A DNA stretch of 64,000 bases, taken from contig OZ024747.1 in assembly GCA_964016885.1 (NCBI GenBank), positions 85,560,001 through 85,624,000 of the forward strand, written 5' to 3'. This stretch comes from Eledone cirrhosa. Lineage: Eukaryota. The translations under genes were made by a program, and so were the position numbers. Below are positions 26,040 to 38,392 of the stretch, piece by piece. The notes beneath the pieces are model-generated. The model had not been told where the DNA came from. It saw nothing but the letters and a program-made list of their open reading frames with translations, and searched no databases. The stretch's first letter is position 1. Each line of letters starts with the position of its first letter.

Positions 26040-27422
26040 TCTCCTTATAATATATAACCAGCAATTTCTCTGTTTGTCTGTCCGACAGTGGAAACACGTG
26101 CGCGCGTGCGAATGTTTTTTGCGCACGCGTAGAGAGGGAGTGAAAGAAAGAGACAGACAACGAGAGGGGGATAGCGGGAGGGAGAGAGGGAGAGAGAGAG
26201 AGTGAATAGACGCTAAAACACGTGCGCGCGTGCGAATGTTTTTTGCGCACGCGTAGAGAGAGAGTGAGAGTGAAAGAAAGACTACAAGAGGGGGATAGTG
26301 GGAGGGAGAGAGGGGGGAATTGAGGAGTGCTACAGAAACATATATAAATTTCTGTGTGTGTGTAATATATATATATATATATACACACACAGAAATATAT
26401 ATATACACACAGAAATATATATACATTTCTGTGTGTGTAATATATATATATACTAGCAGAAAACCACACGTTAGGCGGTTTTCTGCTAGTCTATATATAT
26501 AAAACTGAGGATGTCTGTCTGTGTGTGTGTGAGTTTGAATCCCTAAAACTAATGAAGCACCCAACCGACTGTTTTCAAACTTTACACATGTAATACTTAT
26601 GTTTCAGGGAGTGTTCTGAGCAAAACAAATTTCAAGTTTTCAATGCCCTATGGACCACATTAGGCGATTTAGCGATCTCTCTCTATAATTCTTAGTCTTT
26701 CTCTTTTTAGATAGATACATACATATAACGTCGCGCCCTTATAATATCTGTCTGTATGTCTGGCTGTCTGCATTACGTCACTTCCCTGAGGATGTCTGTC
26801 TGTGTGTGTCTGTGAGTTTGAATCCCTAAAACTCGAGAAGTACCCAACCGATCTTTTTAAAACTTTACATGTGTATTACTTATGTTTCAGGGAGTATTTT
26901 GCACATAAAATCCAACTCTTTGATCCTCTAGGGTCTGCATTTGATCTCCTATTAGGTGAAAAACTGTGTTTTTAAAGCTTTTTATGGGTTTTTTGAGGCG
27001 TTACGTCAGACCGATTTCCTTGAAATTGTAACTATGTATTAGTTAGTCTCTTCTTCATACCGCGAGCAAAGAAAATACAACTTTTTTAATGGCCTAGGGC
27101 CCGCATTAGGTGAAAAACTTCCTTTTTTCAGCTTTTTAGGGCTTTTTGGAGGCGTTACGTCTAGCCGATTTCCCCGAAATTTCAAGGCATATTATGCACA
27201 TAAAGAAAATTCATTTTCTTGATCCCCTAGGGCTCGCATTAGGTGAAAACCTGCACTTTTCCTGCTTCATCGAGGAAAATCTTAAAGATTATCCAGCCAT
27301 CAGAATATTCGGTTTATTTTCTTTATATATTGTCCAGGCATGCATTTTTTCCACGATTAAGTCTGTTGGCGGCTCACGTTCCAAAATACCTTATCCCGTG
27401 CAACGCCGGGTACCACTGCTAG
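26040..27422 (+). mobile_element. Composite non-autonomous Helitron (A 26040-26489 + B 26490-27422)
   Basis: 5' TC after A; 3' hairpin CCCG-TGCAACGC-CGGG then CTAG followed by T; internal CTAG|TC junction; second copy at 38393-39773. Confidence 0.85.
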
Positions 27423-27840
27423 TGTATTATAAAAGCACAACCTTATCCACTTGACTTCAGTTTCTCCCGAATCTCACAGTGCGAGATAGTGGATTAAGTA
27501 ATAATTCAGCTTTCATAGGCGATTGCATAACTGCAATGAAACATGTGTCAGAGACTCTATTGTATAATAAACGCTAATTCAAACTTCAACACATATTGCC
27601 TAGGTTTTCCTGATATCTTGTTCATATTATATTATCCGTGGAATACTCCTTGGAACCTATGTACCATACTTGGTGATGCATCTCGAATCATTAAGATATT
27701 TATCTTACACAACTCCATCGAGTACGTTGAGCACAACTAACTGGTAAGTTGTCTCTTCCCATTTTGTTACACACATCCACTTTACATATACGGGAATTAG
27801 TCTACATAAAGCAGATACTCCTGTTCTCTCTCTCTTTCTT

Positions 27841-27935
<95 letters not shown>

Positions 27936-28055
27936 CGCGTAAATACATGTGTATATATGCAACCATCAAATACAACGCCAACACTCAGTGATTTGTCTCC
28001 CCCTTCCTTGGGTGAGACTCTTCCGTACATCCGTACACATACTTACATCCTCTCA

Positions 28056-28104
<49 letters not shown>

Positions 28105-28106
28105 TT

Positions 28107-28156
<50 letters not shown>

Positions 28157-28232
28157 ACACACACACACATACACACACACACACACACACACTTACACAC
28201 ACATACACACACACGCACACACACACACACAC

Positions 28233-28279
<47 letters not shown>

Positions 28280-28439
28280 CACCAGCTCTTCCCTTACCCC
28301 GTATACCAAACAAAGGTTCGCTATATAACAAATTCATATATCCAATGTATATATGTATGTACATTGTGGGGTGTTCGTTCAGTGGATTCATTGCCACGTC
28401 ATGGCTTGTTGAAGTCGACCTCTCTCTACCCCCCTCTCC

Positions 28440-28476
<37 letters not shown>

Positions 28477-28992
28477 TCTCTCTCTCTCACTCTCTCTCTG
28501 GTGTTCAAATCCTCGCGTGGGTTGTAGTTTAGAGAGGGATTGAGAGAAAGAGATGGAAAGTAAAAAAACACCCATTCATTGGATTCACAAGTATGGGATT
28601 GTCCCGAGAACATCAAAGACTGAGATAACATCAGACACAGCGGCTACAACAACGACAATAACATATCACCCACAGAAACAGAAACAACAACAACAACAAA
28701 AATAAAAACATTAACAACAACAGCAACAACAACAACACAACAACACAACAGCAGCAACAATAATGACAACAATAACGAAAATAACAATTTCAATAACAAC
28801 AACAACATTAATAACAACAATAACGAAACTAATTTCAATAACAACAAAAAGCACAACAAAAAGCACAACAATCATAACATAAAAAAACACAACAAAAAGC
28901 ACAACAAAAAGCACAACAATCATAACATGAAAAACGAAAACAACAAACGCATGAATAATGTTAATAACCATAAGATCAAAGACTAGAATAAC

Positions 28993-29160
28993 AATAACTG
29001 TTTCTACTTTTAGCACAAGGCCAGCCTTTATCGCAGTACATTACTGGTACTTTTATTTTATCGACCCCGTAAGGATGAAAGGCAAAGTTAACCTCGGCGG
29101 GATTTGAACTCAGACCGTAAAGGGACGTAACTATGCTGGAAAGCATGGCGTCCGACTCTA
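28993..29160 (-). mobile_element. SINE-A
   Basis: Matches the other SINE-A copies. Confidence 0.9.
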
Positions 29161-29925
29161 ACAACAACGAGATTATTCGTCCCAGTTTCAATATCCAGGT
29201 TGGGAATCAAACCGTAAGACGCAGACGACAGATTTGAAAATCATTTCTCACGGAAACATCAGGAACAATGTCTGTCCTTATAGTAACACTCTATCCCACC
29301 CGTTCACCTTCTTTTTATCTATCTATTTATTTTTCAACACACCCACGCGTCCGTTTCTTTTTTCTCTCTCTGTAAATATATACAATTGAATATGAAATTT
29401 TGAATCAATAAAGCGTCGTCTGGTTAAGTTAAATTTTTTCTTGTGTGTGTGTGTACGTCTATGGCCACCTTTATATGCACTAAATAGCATTGAGCAGGGG
29501 GTGACTGAGAAGGAAGTGGATGCTTTTGTTTATTTGTCTGCTTTTGTTTATTCTATTCGCAAAATATAGCAATGTGTAACCTTAGACATGATTCGCTTGC
29601 TCGAGGCTCAACTAAGAACTACTTACACACGATAACTGAACTGAGATTGTAACTCCGCGGTCACGTGAGATAAACAGGATCCTTTGCTTTTTCTATTCAG
29701 GACATAAAAATATATTGAATCTTAGGAGTTGAACTGGCTCTTTCAGCACACCTCCCTCGCTGACCTCAGGGGGTAACGCCTTTTCAATTCTGTCCACTGG
29801 GATTATATAATAACATCCACCTGACGTTTTGCCTGTCACAGAGACAGAACGAACAAACGAAATCACTTGACAAGCTTTTGATGGCTGGTTCACCCTGTTA
29901 TCGTTGGCCACTTCAAACATACATA

Positions 29926-30354
29926 CATTCATACCCTGATTACACCTTCAGATTTATGCCTGTGATTATTGGGGTACTGGGATATGTTAGTAACTTCCTC
30001 AATACAAATATTGAGAAGCTAGGCTTCACAGGAACAGAAAGAACACAACTAGTTAGGAAACTACAAGTACAATCCATTAATGGAACAGTAAAAGTATGTA
30101 AAATATTCCAAAAATTTTGCATCTAATAACTGCATATACACATGTACAGATACAAAGCATATACACATGCACACATACAACTCAAAACATCCACATCCAC
30201 ACATACAATAACATCCATACCTACACATGCATGCATACATACATATCTACCTAGTTGATGTTGTCTAAATTCCAATGAGAGAGTCTTGTGTCTATATTAG
30301 AAACCGACTCTCTCTCTATTGGTAAAACTTTGTGAAATTATAAAACCAGAAGAA
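29926..30354 (+). mobile_element. RLE LINE 3' remnant, copy 1, bounded by (CATA)n
   Basis: YPDYTFRFMPVIIGVLGYVS..KLQVQSINGTVKVCKIFQKF plus a 3' UTR shared with copy 2. Confidence 0.8.
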
Positions 30355-30429
30355 CATACATACATACATACATACATACATACATACATACATACATACA
30401 TACATACATACATACATACATACATACAT

Positions 30430-31048
30430 AGAAAAGATAGCCCCGATGATAAACACATTAAAAGCTACAGCAATGTGGAAGACATACATATACATAATAT
30501 GAAAGAGTACTGGTGGAATGTTCCAGTAAAAACCCCAATAAAATGCAGGCATAACAGACCAGATATTATGATATGGGACAGGGAAAAGAAGGCATGCACA
30601 GTTGTGGAAATTAGCTGCCCAGCAGATGCCAATATAATATCAAAGATTAGTGAAAAGGAGAATATTTATGCAGAACTAATGAGAAATAAGCAGATACTCC
30701 ACCCTGATTACACCTTCAGATTTATGCCTGTGATTATTGGGGCACTGGGATATGTTAGTAACTGCCTCAAAACAAATCTTGAGGAGCTGGGCTTCACAGG
30801 AACAGAAAAAAATATGTAAAACATTCCAAAAACTTTGCATCTAATAACTGCATATACACATGTACAGATACAAAGCGTATCCACATGCACACATACAACT
30901 CAAAACATCCACATCCACACATACAATAACATCCATACCTACACACGCATACATATCTACCTAGTTGATGTTGTGTAAATTCCAATGAGAGAGTCTTGTA
31001 AATATGTTAGAAACCTACTCTCTCAATATTGGCAAAAAATTGTGAAAA
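30430..31048 (+). mobile_element. RLE LINE 3' remnant, copy 2
   Basis: EYWWNVPVKT..RHNRPDIMIWDREKKACTVVEISCPAD..KISEKENIY..FMPVIIGALG: PD-(D/E)xK restriction-like endonuclease. Confidence 0.85.
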
Positions 31049-31240
31049 GCCAGCGACTTGAAAACTCTGGTACAAACACTACACTTGTGACAATTATTGA
31101 CACCTAGTGCTGGGCCCATGGTACCACGTGAGGACAAGTGCAGAGAGATCTCCAGATATAAAGCAATGCCTGTGCCGTGAAGCTTTTATAGTGAGCAAAG
31201 GCACTGCACAAAGCCAGTCCCACTCTCTTAACCAAGATGA

Positions 31241-31245
<5 letters not shown>
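31049..31245 (-). mobile_element. Fragment of the RTE/zinc-finger 3' element
   Basis: Near-identical to 51110-51305. Confidence 0.75.
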
Positions 31246-31273
<28 letters not shown>

Positions 31274-31432
31274 GCATGCATGCATGCATGCATGCATACA
31301 TACATACATACATACATACATACATACATACATACATACATACATACATACATACATGCATACATTATACTTTTGTCTTTGTTACTTTGTACATATTTAC
31401 CGATGCTTCATAAAATGTTCATTAAACATGAA

Positions 31433-31505
<73 letters not shown>

Positions 31506-32258
31506 ACAACTTCTTTGTTTGTGCGCGCGTGTGTGTGTGTGTACAATTTATTTGTGTGTGTGAATACAACTTCTTTAAAAGTTAGTTGTTTTAATCTGAT
31601 AGAAAAGGATATGAAGATATTTGTAGAAAAGATGATCTTGTAGCAGTATATATTGTTATGAGGATGTTATGGCAGGTGTCGAGAAACATATGTTGATATA
31701 TGATATCCCTTCTCGCGTAGATACCCGCGTAATAAAGATATCACGTGTTGTATAACGTGCTCTCGCTACAACACATACTACGTACCGGAAGGATATTATG
31801 TGAGATATCAGGTTTCTTTTATATACATTTCTAAAAGACTAATAATAATAATAATAATGATGATGAAATTATTGTGTACAATTCTCAGGTGCACTACAAC
31901 TCATCAAAGGTGCATGTATAGTACATAGAATAATATACAAATGTCATGATATACATGTGTGCATGTGTATGGGGGGGGGGGGATATTAAGTGCAGGAAGC
32001 ATGGAGGATTCTTTCGTTTTAAATCAGCAGGAAAGTCAACTAATGTTGGTCAAGTTCGGTATTTATATATCTAGATGGAAAGAAGAAAAGAGAAGAAGGA
32101 GAGACTACTTGAGATACCAACAACAACAATAATAATAACAATAGGGATGACAATGAAGTGGAGGAGGTGAGGTGGTGGTGGTGGAGGAGGACGAGAAGAA
32201 GAAGAAGATGAATAATATGATGATATATATATATAATATATGTTAGTCCCGTCAACTT

Positions 32259-32299
<41 letters not shown>

Positions 32300-32491
32300 A
32301 ACGAAGGAAATGTGGTAAGGAACCAGATGGACCATAACACACCAAAGTACTCAATACTTAGGGTAGTAGAGTGGGTTATAGGAACAAGTAGGACCCCGAC
32401 GGCTGAGCTCAAGCCGTTTCGACGGCTAATTCTGGGCTGAATTAGCCGTCGAAACGGCTTGAGCTCTGCCGTCGAGGTCCTACTTGTTCCT
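32300..32491 (-). mobile_element. Hammerhead-derived fold-back element, copy 4 (long palindrome)
   Basis: Full tail plus ~53-bp arms at 32380-32491. Confidence 0.8.
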
Positions 32492-32524
32492 GCTGACTTT
32501 AAAAGGTTGAGAAGATGGGTATAC

Positions 32525-33083
32525 CAGCGGTCGCTAACCTTTCGGACCTCACGGACCACTAATATAATTTTTTTTAAAAAGATAAATACATTTGTAAAAT
32601 AAAGATCAGAGAACTTCCATTTTATTAAACAATACTGAAGCATACGTGTGTCATATTGTCGGTAGGTGATACATATCTGTACATTTTGTTCATGTTTTAG
32701 GGGTGTTATAAAATATATTTTAACCGAATATCATTTTTTTAAAAATTATTAATAAAACATACAAGGGCGGTGGATTGGCAGTATCGGTAGAGGGTCGGAC
32801 GCCATGCTTTGTAGCACAGAGTTACGCCCCTTTACGATCTGAGTTCAAATCTCGCTGAGGTTAACTTTACGGGGTTCATAAAATAAAGCACCAGTAATGC
32901 ACTTGGATCGTTTTAATCGACTTTCCCCTCTCCTTAAAAAAAAATGGGTGACCTTGTGCCTAAAGTAGAAACAATTATTAATAAAACATACAAATTGTAA
33001 ATAATGTCCAAATTTTTCTGGGATCCACCAACATTTTCTCTTGGACCACCAGTGGTCCGTGAACCACCGGTTGGCGACTGTTG
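32525..33083. mobile_element. hAT-like non-autonomous element carrying a nested SINE-A (32765-32978)
   Basis: Ends CAGCGGTCGCTAACC / GGTTGGCGACTGTTG with subterminal GGACCAC/GTGGTCC; the nested SINE has a 21-bp TSD AATTATTAATAAAACATACAA (32744, 32973). Confidence 0.7.
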
Positions 33084-33526
33084 TATACTCTCCATAATTG
33101 AACTTAAGGTGACGTCGTCATGCATTGGCGACTGTTGTTATATACTATCCCTAGTATACGTATACGTGACGTCATGATGCAACACAAGCTACCGAACAAT
33201 CAACAAGGTCTTAGTTCCCTTCGTATATCCTAAGTTGTCAAACATTACTCTATTCTATTTCATTACAAACTAACTGTAATCTATTAAACTAGAACTTAAG
33301 CTGATTACTTTAACCAATATATCTTATATTTTTCCATTGTATTATTTTATTGTTTTATTAATTTATAAACCAAACTATTTATTATTTATAACTCCTCTTT
33401 CTATGTATCTATCTATCGACCTCTCAATCTATTTATCTCTCTCTCTCTATCTCTCTCTCATATATATATATATATAAAAGGTAAACAGAAATAACAACAC
33501 AATCGGTACAGTATATGGAAATATAT

Positions 33527-33642
<116 letters not shown>

Positions 33643-34071
33643 GAGAGAGGGAGTGCGTGTGCGTGTGTGTTTGTCTGTGTAGTTATCTGTAGATAAATGT
33701 GTGTACATGTCTGTGGTATATCATATGTATGAAAATATAATATACATTTTAAATCAAGCTTGAAGTAACAACAAACATTGTGGAGTTAAAATGACAGTAT
33801 TCATATCAATAGTAGCAAATATAAAATGATAAATATCTGTAAATAATGTTGAAGTATATTTATATCATATAAAACACAGTAGCTTTGGCATATAAGGGTT
33901 AATTCCTTTTATAAATGTTAACAAAGTTCCACGCGGAAAATAGATAGGAGGAGGGGACAAACGAACAAACGTATTTATTGTCTCGGAAGTCACTCCTTAG
34001 ATAATACAATTTCTTGTATAAGAGTGCACTATCTTATTATTACTGCCAGGTTCCACAACGGCTTAAAGCCG

Positions 34072-35496
34072 TTATAGTTCGTCCCAAAATCCTATCTTAA
34101 GGTCTCCTTCGTTATCACACGCTAGTATTATTCCTTTTTGGTTAGTGGTGACCATAGAACAAGGACAAACTAAACCATCTTTTGGCGACAAGAAGCAACT
34201 CAACTTGTCTGTTCGGCTATCTAGTCTGAGTATTTTATCTATGCCGAATCCCTGGCTGATATAAACATCTTTTCCCAGTGAAACAATGTCCGTTGGCTGC
34301 AATATATTATAACTGGTCCAGCCGATATAGGGTTTAAAGCAGTACACAATCCCATTTGATGTATCAGCGATATAGATGTCCTCTTTCGATGTGATATGGA
34401 CACATTTATGACCCTTCAAACGATGGAATGGTAGCATAAGGATTGTGAGTTCAATAGTTGATTCATAGGTAAGACCTATCAGTTTCAGGTGTGGTTCTGC
34501 GTAACCGATGCCTATCAGATGTGCGTCACTATAGAAATCGATACCACTATACTGTATAGATGTACGAAAAACATGAGCTAAATCAAAACGGTTTGTAGGC
34601 AACAGTTTAATAATATAGAGTTTTTGGTAGCTAGCTGTCAATGCGATCTGATTGTTACCACACCAACACATCCCATACGGTTCATGTGCTAACACCAGCC
34701 GATGCAATTCTCGTTCTTTATCATACAAAATCAAACATTTACACCGAATATTAATAATAATATAATGACCAGCAGGTGTGTAAAGTAATCCTCGGTAATT
34801 CCAGCCTCGATATGATCTCACTGTAGGTGATATAGATAATTCCATAACAGCAGACCTCATAGATTTCATGTGACTGTCTTCTTGTTCTTCAGTATTAGTT
34901 GACATGTTTCTTCTCCTAGTTTTAAACATTTTTCTATCAATATTTTGAGGTGTTGTAAACAACAAAGCTTCTTTTAAAAAGGGAAGAATTTTCTTTTGAA
35001 TTTCTATAAAAACAGAAAGAACTTTCTTCGTGTATAAATCTTCATTTGGGCACATATATATATACTGGGTGTTGTTTTTCTGGGCGCAAACCAACGACTT
35101 CTCTCTTCTAACATTCAACTCTTCTTTCTTCTTCACTAAGGATTTGCTGGAATATTCCGAGGTTGAATTAAATTTGTTAGTTTCAATCCCGTCTTCCATT
35201 AAATGTTTTAGCTGTTTCTCAAGATTGACTAAAACATTCATGCACGTATCGATAGGAAATTGACGAACTGATACATCTAAATCTGAGACCGACGCACACC
35301 TGATTGATTTGCGGCAGGTGGGACATTCGAAAGAGTGTGTTTCCTTGATGTGGTGTAGTTTACTTGCAATATATTCCTTGAGACAATCGGAACAATATGT
35401 GTGGAGGCACGGTAACACTCGTGGTTCACTATAATCTTCAAGACATATTGTACACACTGATAATGTTATGTCGTCTGCGCTTGTAGCACCGGCCAT
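34072..35496 (-). CDS. RING-HC + C-terminal beta-propeller (NHL-like) protein; TRIM-like E3 ubiquitin ligase, 474 aa from the first ATG, single coding exon
   Basis: Only long non-repetitive ORF. C3HC4 RING CTIC..PRVLPCLHTYCSDC..CPTCR; propeller-type repeats PYGMC..IALT, IYIADTSNGIVYCF, LQPTDI..VYIS, LSPKDGLVCPCSM. ATG at 35496; AATAAA on the minus strand at 33979-33974. Confidence 0.88.
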   Translation of the reverse strand: MAGATSADDITLSVCTICLEDYSEPRVLPCLHTYCSDCLKEYIASKLHHIKETHSFECPTCRKSIRCASVSDLDVSVRQFPIDTCMNVLVNLEKQLKHLMEDGIETNKFNSTSEYSSKSLVKKKEELNVRREKSLVCAQKNNTQYIYMCPNEDLYTKKVLSVFIEIQKKILPFLKEALLFTTPQNIDRKMFKTRRRNMSTNTEEQEDSHMKSMRSAVMELSISPTVRSYRGWNYRGLLYTPAGHYIIINIRCKCLILYDKERELHRLVLAHEPYGMCWCGNNQIALTASYQKLYIIKLLPTNRFDLAHVFRTSIQYSGIDFYSDAHLIGIGYAEPHLKLIGLTYESTIELTILMLPFHRLKGHKCVHITSKEDIYIADTSNGIVYCFKPYIGWTSYNILQPTDIVSLGKDVYISQGFGIDKILRLDSRTDKLSCFLSPKDGLVCPCSMVTTNQKGIILACDNEGDLKIGFWDEL

Positions 35497-35533
35497 CCTT
35501 GAAGATACTATCCAGCTGACAAACAAAACTTTC

Positions 35534-35580
<47 letters not shown>

Positions 35581-35680
35581 GATTATATATATGGTACGTA
35601 TGTGCGTGTGTATGCTATGAACGTGTGATAAATAACTATTTCCTCACTTAGCATCTCTCTCCCGTGTATCTGTATATGTG

Positions 35681-35721
<41 letters not shown>

Positions 35722-35759
35722 GCACGCACACACACACACGCACACACACACACACACAT

Positions 35760-35824
<65 letters not shown>

Positions 35825-36319
35825 AATGTATGTATAATGTATACTTATGTCTGTGTGCCTGTGTGCAGATGTGTGTATATATATATACAAATGAAAGGCA
35901 ATCTCACCTTCCACTGTATATTTTGTAATGTTATTGGTGGAATTTGAACTTTAGACTCCAGTGTCGTCGCTCTTGTTGTTTGAATGTCTTCTTCTTCTTC
36001 TTTTTTCTTCTTCTTTCTTCTTCTTCTTCTTCTTCTTCTTCTTCTTCTTCTCAATTACATTGTATTCCAACGATGACTTCAGTTTCTTTGTTGCACATGG
36101 TGTTGTTGTTGTATTAAACTGAATAGAGGAAACACGCACACACACACGGACAAACAGACAGACAAGAAGAAGAAGAAGAAGAAGCGTAATGGAGCCCGCC
36201 CCTATAACAGACACTATTTAACCAAGAACAATCACCACATCACCAGAAAACCAAAGTCTAAACAGCAATGTAGCCATTAATAACCAAGAGAGCTCAAAAC
36301 AACTGGAAAAGTCAACAAT

Positions 36320-36505
36320 AATATTTTTTTTTACTTTTGGCACAAGACCAGCAATTATACCAGTGTATTACTGGTACTTTATTTTATCGACCACGTAAGG
36401 ATGAAAGACAAAGTTAACCTCGGCGGGATTTGAACCCAGACCAAAAAGAGCCGTAACTCCTTGCTACAAAGCATGGCATCTGACTCTCTACCAATACTGC
36501 CAATA
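36320..36505 (-). mobile_element. SINE-A
   Basis: Matches the other SINE-A copies. Confidence 0.9.
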
Positions 36506-36539
36506 CATCAATAATAATAATAATAATAAAGAACCAAGT

Positions 36540-36700
36540 TAAAATATGCAACATCAACCTAAACAGACAGCGTGAACTAATGGAACTGTATTTAAAACTT
36601 TATGGCTCAACATTTGACATATTCATCTTTCAAGAACATCTGCTACATGACTTGAACCTGTACAAAAGGGAATTCACAGAATTCTCTTTTTTATATCTAA
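36540..36700 (+). mobile_element. Possible LINE AP-endonuclease N-terminal fragment
   Basis: Reads KICNINLN..FDIFIFQEH, resembling the N-x-N and D-x-x-x-x-Q-E motifs of APE domains; short. Confidence 0.4.
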
Positions 36701-36762
36701 TACCTACATGTTCTCAAGGCGCCTCACGGTGATTAGATCAGAACTAATCTCTAAATTAGACA

Positions 36763-37133
36763 TAATTGTTTCTACTTTTGGCACAAGGCCAGCAATTATC
36801 CCAGTGTATTACTGGTACTCTATTTTACCGACCCTGCAAGGATGAAAGGCAAAGTTAACCTCGGCGGGATTTGAACTCAAACCATAAATGACCGTAACTC
36901 TTTGCTTTTAGTCAAATAATAATGGTTTCTTATATAGGCACAAGGCCAGCAATTTTAGGGAGAGATTATATCGCCCACATTACATTACTGGTACTTTATC
37001 TTATCGACCCCGTAAGGATGGAAGGCAAAGTAGTTAACCTCGGCGGGATTTGAACTCAGACCATAAAGGGCCGTAAGTCTCTGCTTCAAAGCCTGGCGTC
37101 CGACCCTCTACCGACACTGCCAATCCACCGCCT
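36763..37133 (-). mobile_element. SINE-A dimer inside one 17-bp TSD
   Basis: Copies at 36763-36908 and 36917-37133; TCTAAATTAGACATAAT at 36750 and 37142. Confidence 0.85.
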
Positions 37134-38392
37134 TTATTATGTCTAAATTAGACATAATACAATTGAAATCACGACCTTACGATCGTGAGCCGCCGAACAC
37201 CCTAACCACTATGCCACACACTTCACACATATACACAGATGAGTTGTACCAGTATTAAGGGTACACGTGTCTGTGGAAAGCTCAGTTACTTTCACGATAA
37301 TTTCACGAACAAGTGGCCGTTCAGTTGATCGAATCAACTGGAACACTCATCGTCGGAAACGACGGAGGATCTCCATATGGGTGTATATGTATGTATATGT
37401 GTGTGTGTATGTGTGTGTATATATGTGTGTATGTGTGTTTAAGTGTGTGTATGTGTGTGTATATCTGTATATGTGTGTATATCTGTATATGTGTATATGT
37501 GTGTGTATGTGAGTATATGTGTGTATATGCGTGTGTAAGTTCGTATATGTGTGTATATGTGTGTATATGTGTGTATATGTGTGTGTATATGTGTGTGTAA
37601 GTGTGTATATGTGTGTATATCTGTATATGTGTGTATATGTGTGTATATGTGTGTGTATATGTATATGTGTGCATATGTGTGTGTATATGTGTGTATCTGT
37701 GTGTATATGTGTGTAAGTGTGTGTAAGTGTGTGCATGTGTGTCGCATATGCAGGTGCAGTGTATCAATGCAGCAAAAGTGTCAATAACAACAAAACTCCA
37801 GTTATCATTGTCACCATCATTATTATAATCATCCCTCGCCACCACCATCATCATCAACAATAACACCACCACCATCATCATCAACAATAACACCACCATC
37901 ATCATCATCGACATCATTCATTTTCCGCACCGTCCTTTGCACAGGCACACACACACAAACATACACACACACATACAAACATACACACACAAACATACAC
38001 ACACACACAAATACACACACAAGCATACACACACACAAACACACACACACACACACAAACCCAAACACACACACACACAACCATACACACACAAACATAC
38101 ACACACACAAACATACACACAAACACACACACACACACAAACATACACACACAAACATACACACACGGAGACACACACACACAAACATGCACACACACAA
38201 ACACACACACACACACGCACACATACACAAACATACACACACACACACTCACATACACGTGTGCGCACGTATATATGTTGTTCCCCTGACACACCCACAC
38301 CATATATATACAACCATCTATACATATACTTTACAACACATAGGTATATATACATATATATATGTATGTATGTATGTGTATATATATATATA

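Noticed and set aside
27146-27454. Duplicated ~100-aa ORF (also 39494-39793) as a captured gene
   Set aside because: Lies in the repetitive Helitron body, has non-ATG starts, the N-termini differ between copies, and there is no recognisable motif.
34072-35535. Assigning a specific symbol (TRIM2/3/56/71) or using the TTG start
   Set aside because: The domain set is too divergent for orthology by eye; the first ATG is at 35496 and the upstream TTG abuts a (TA)n tract.
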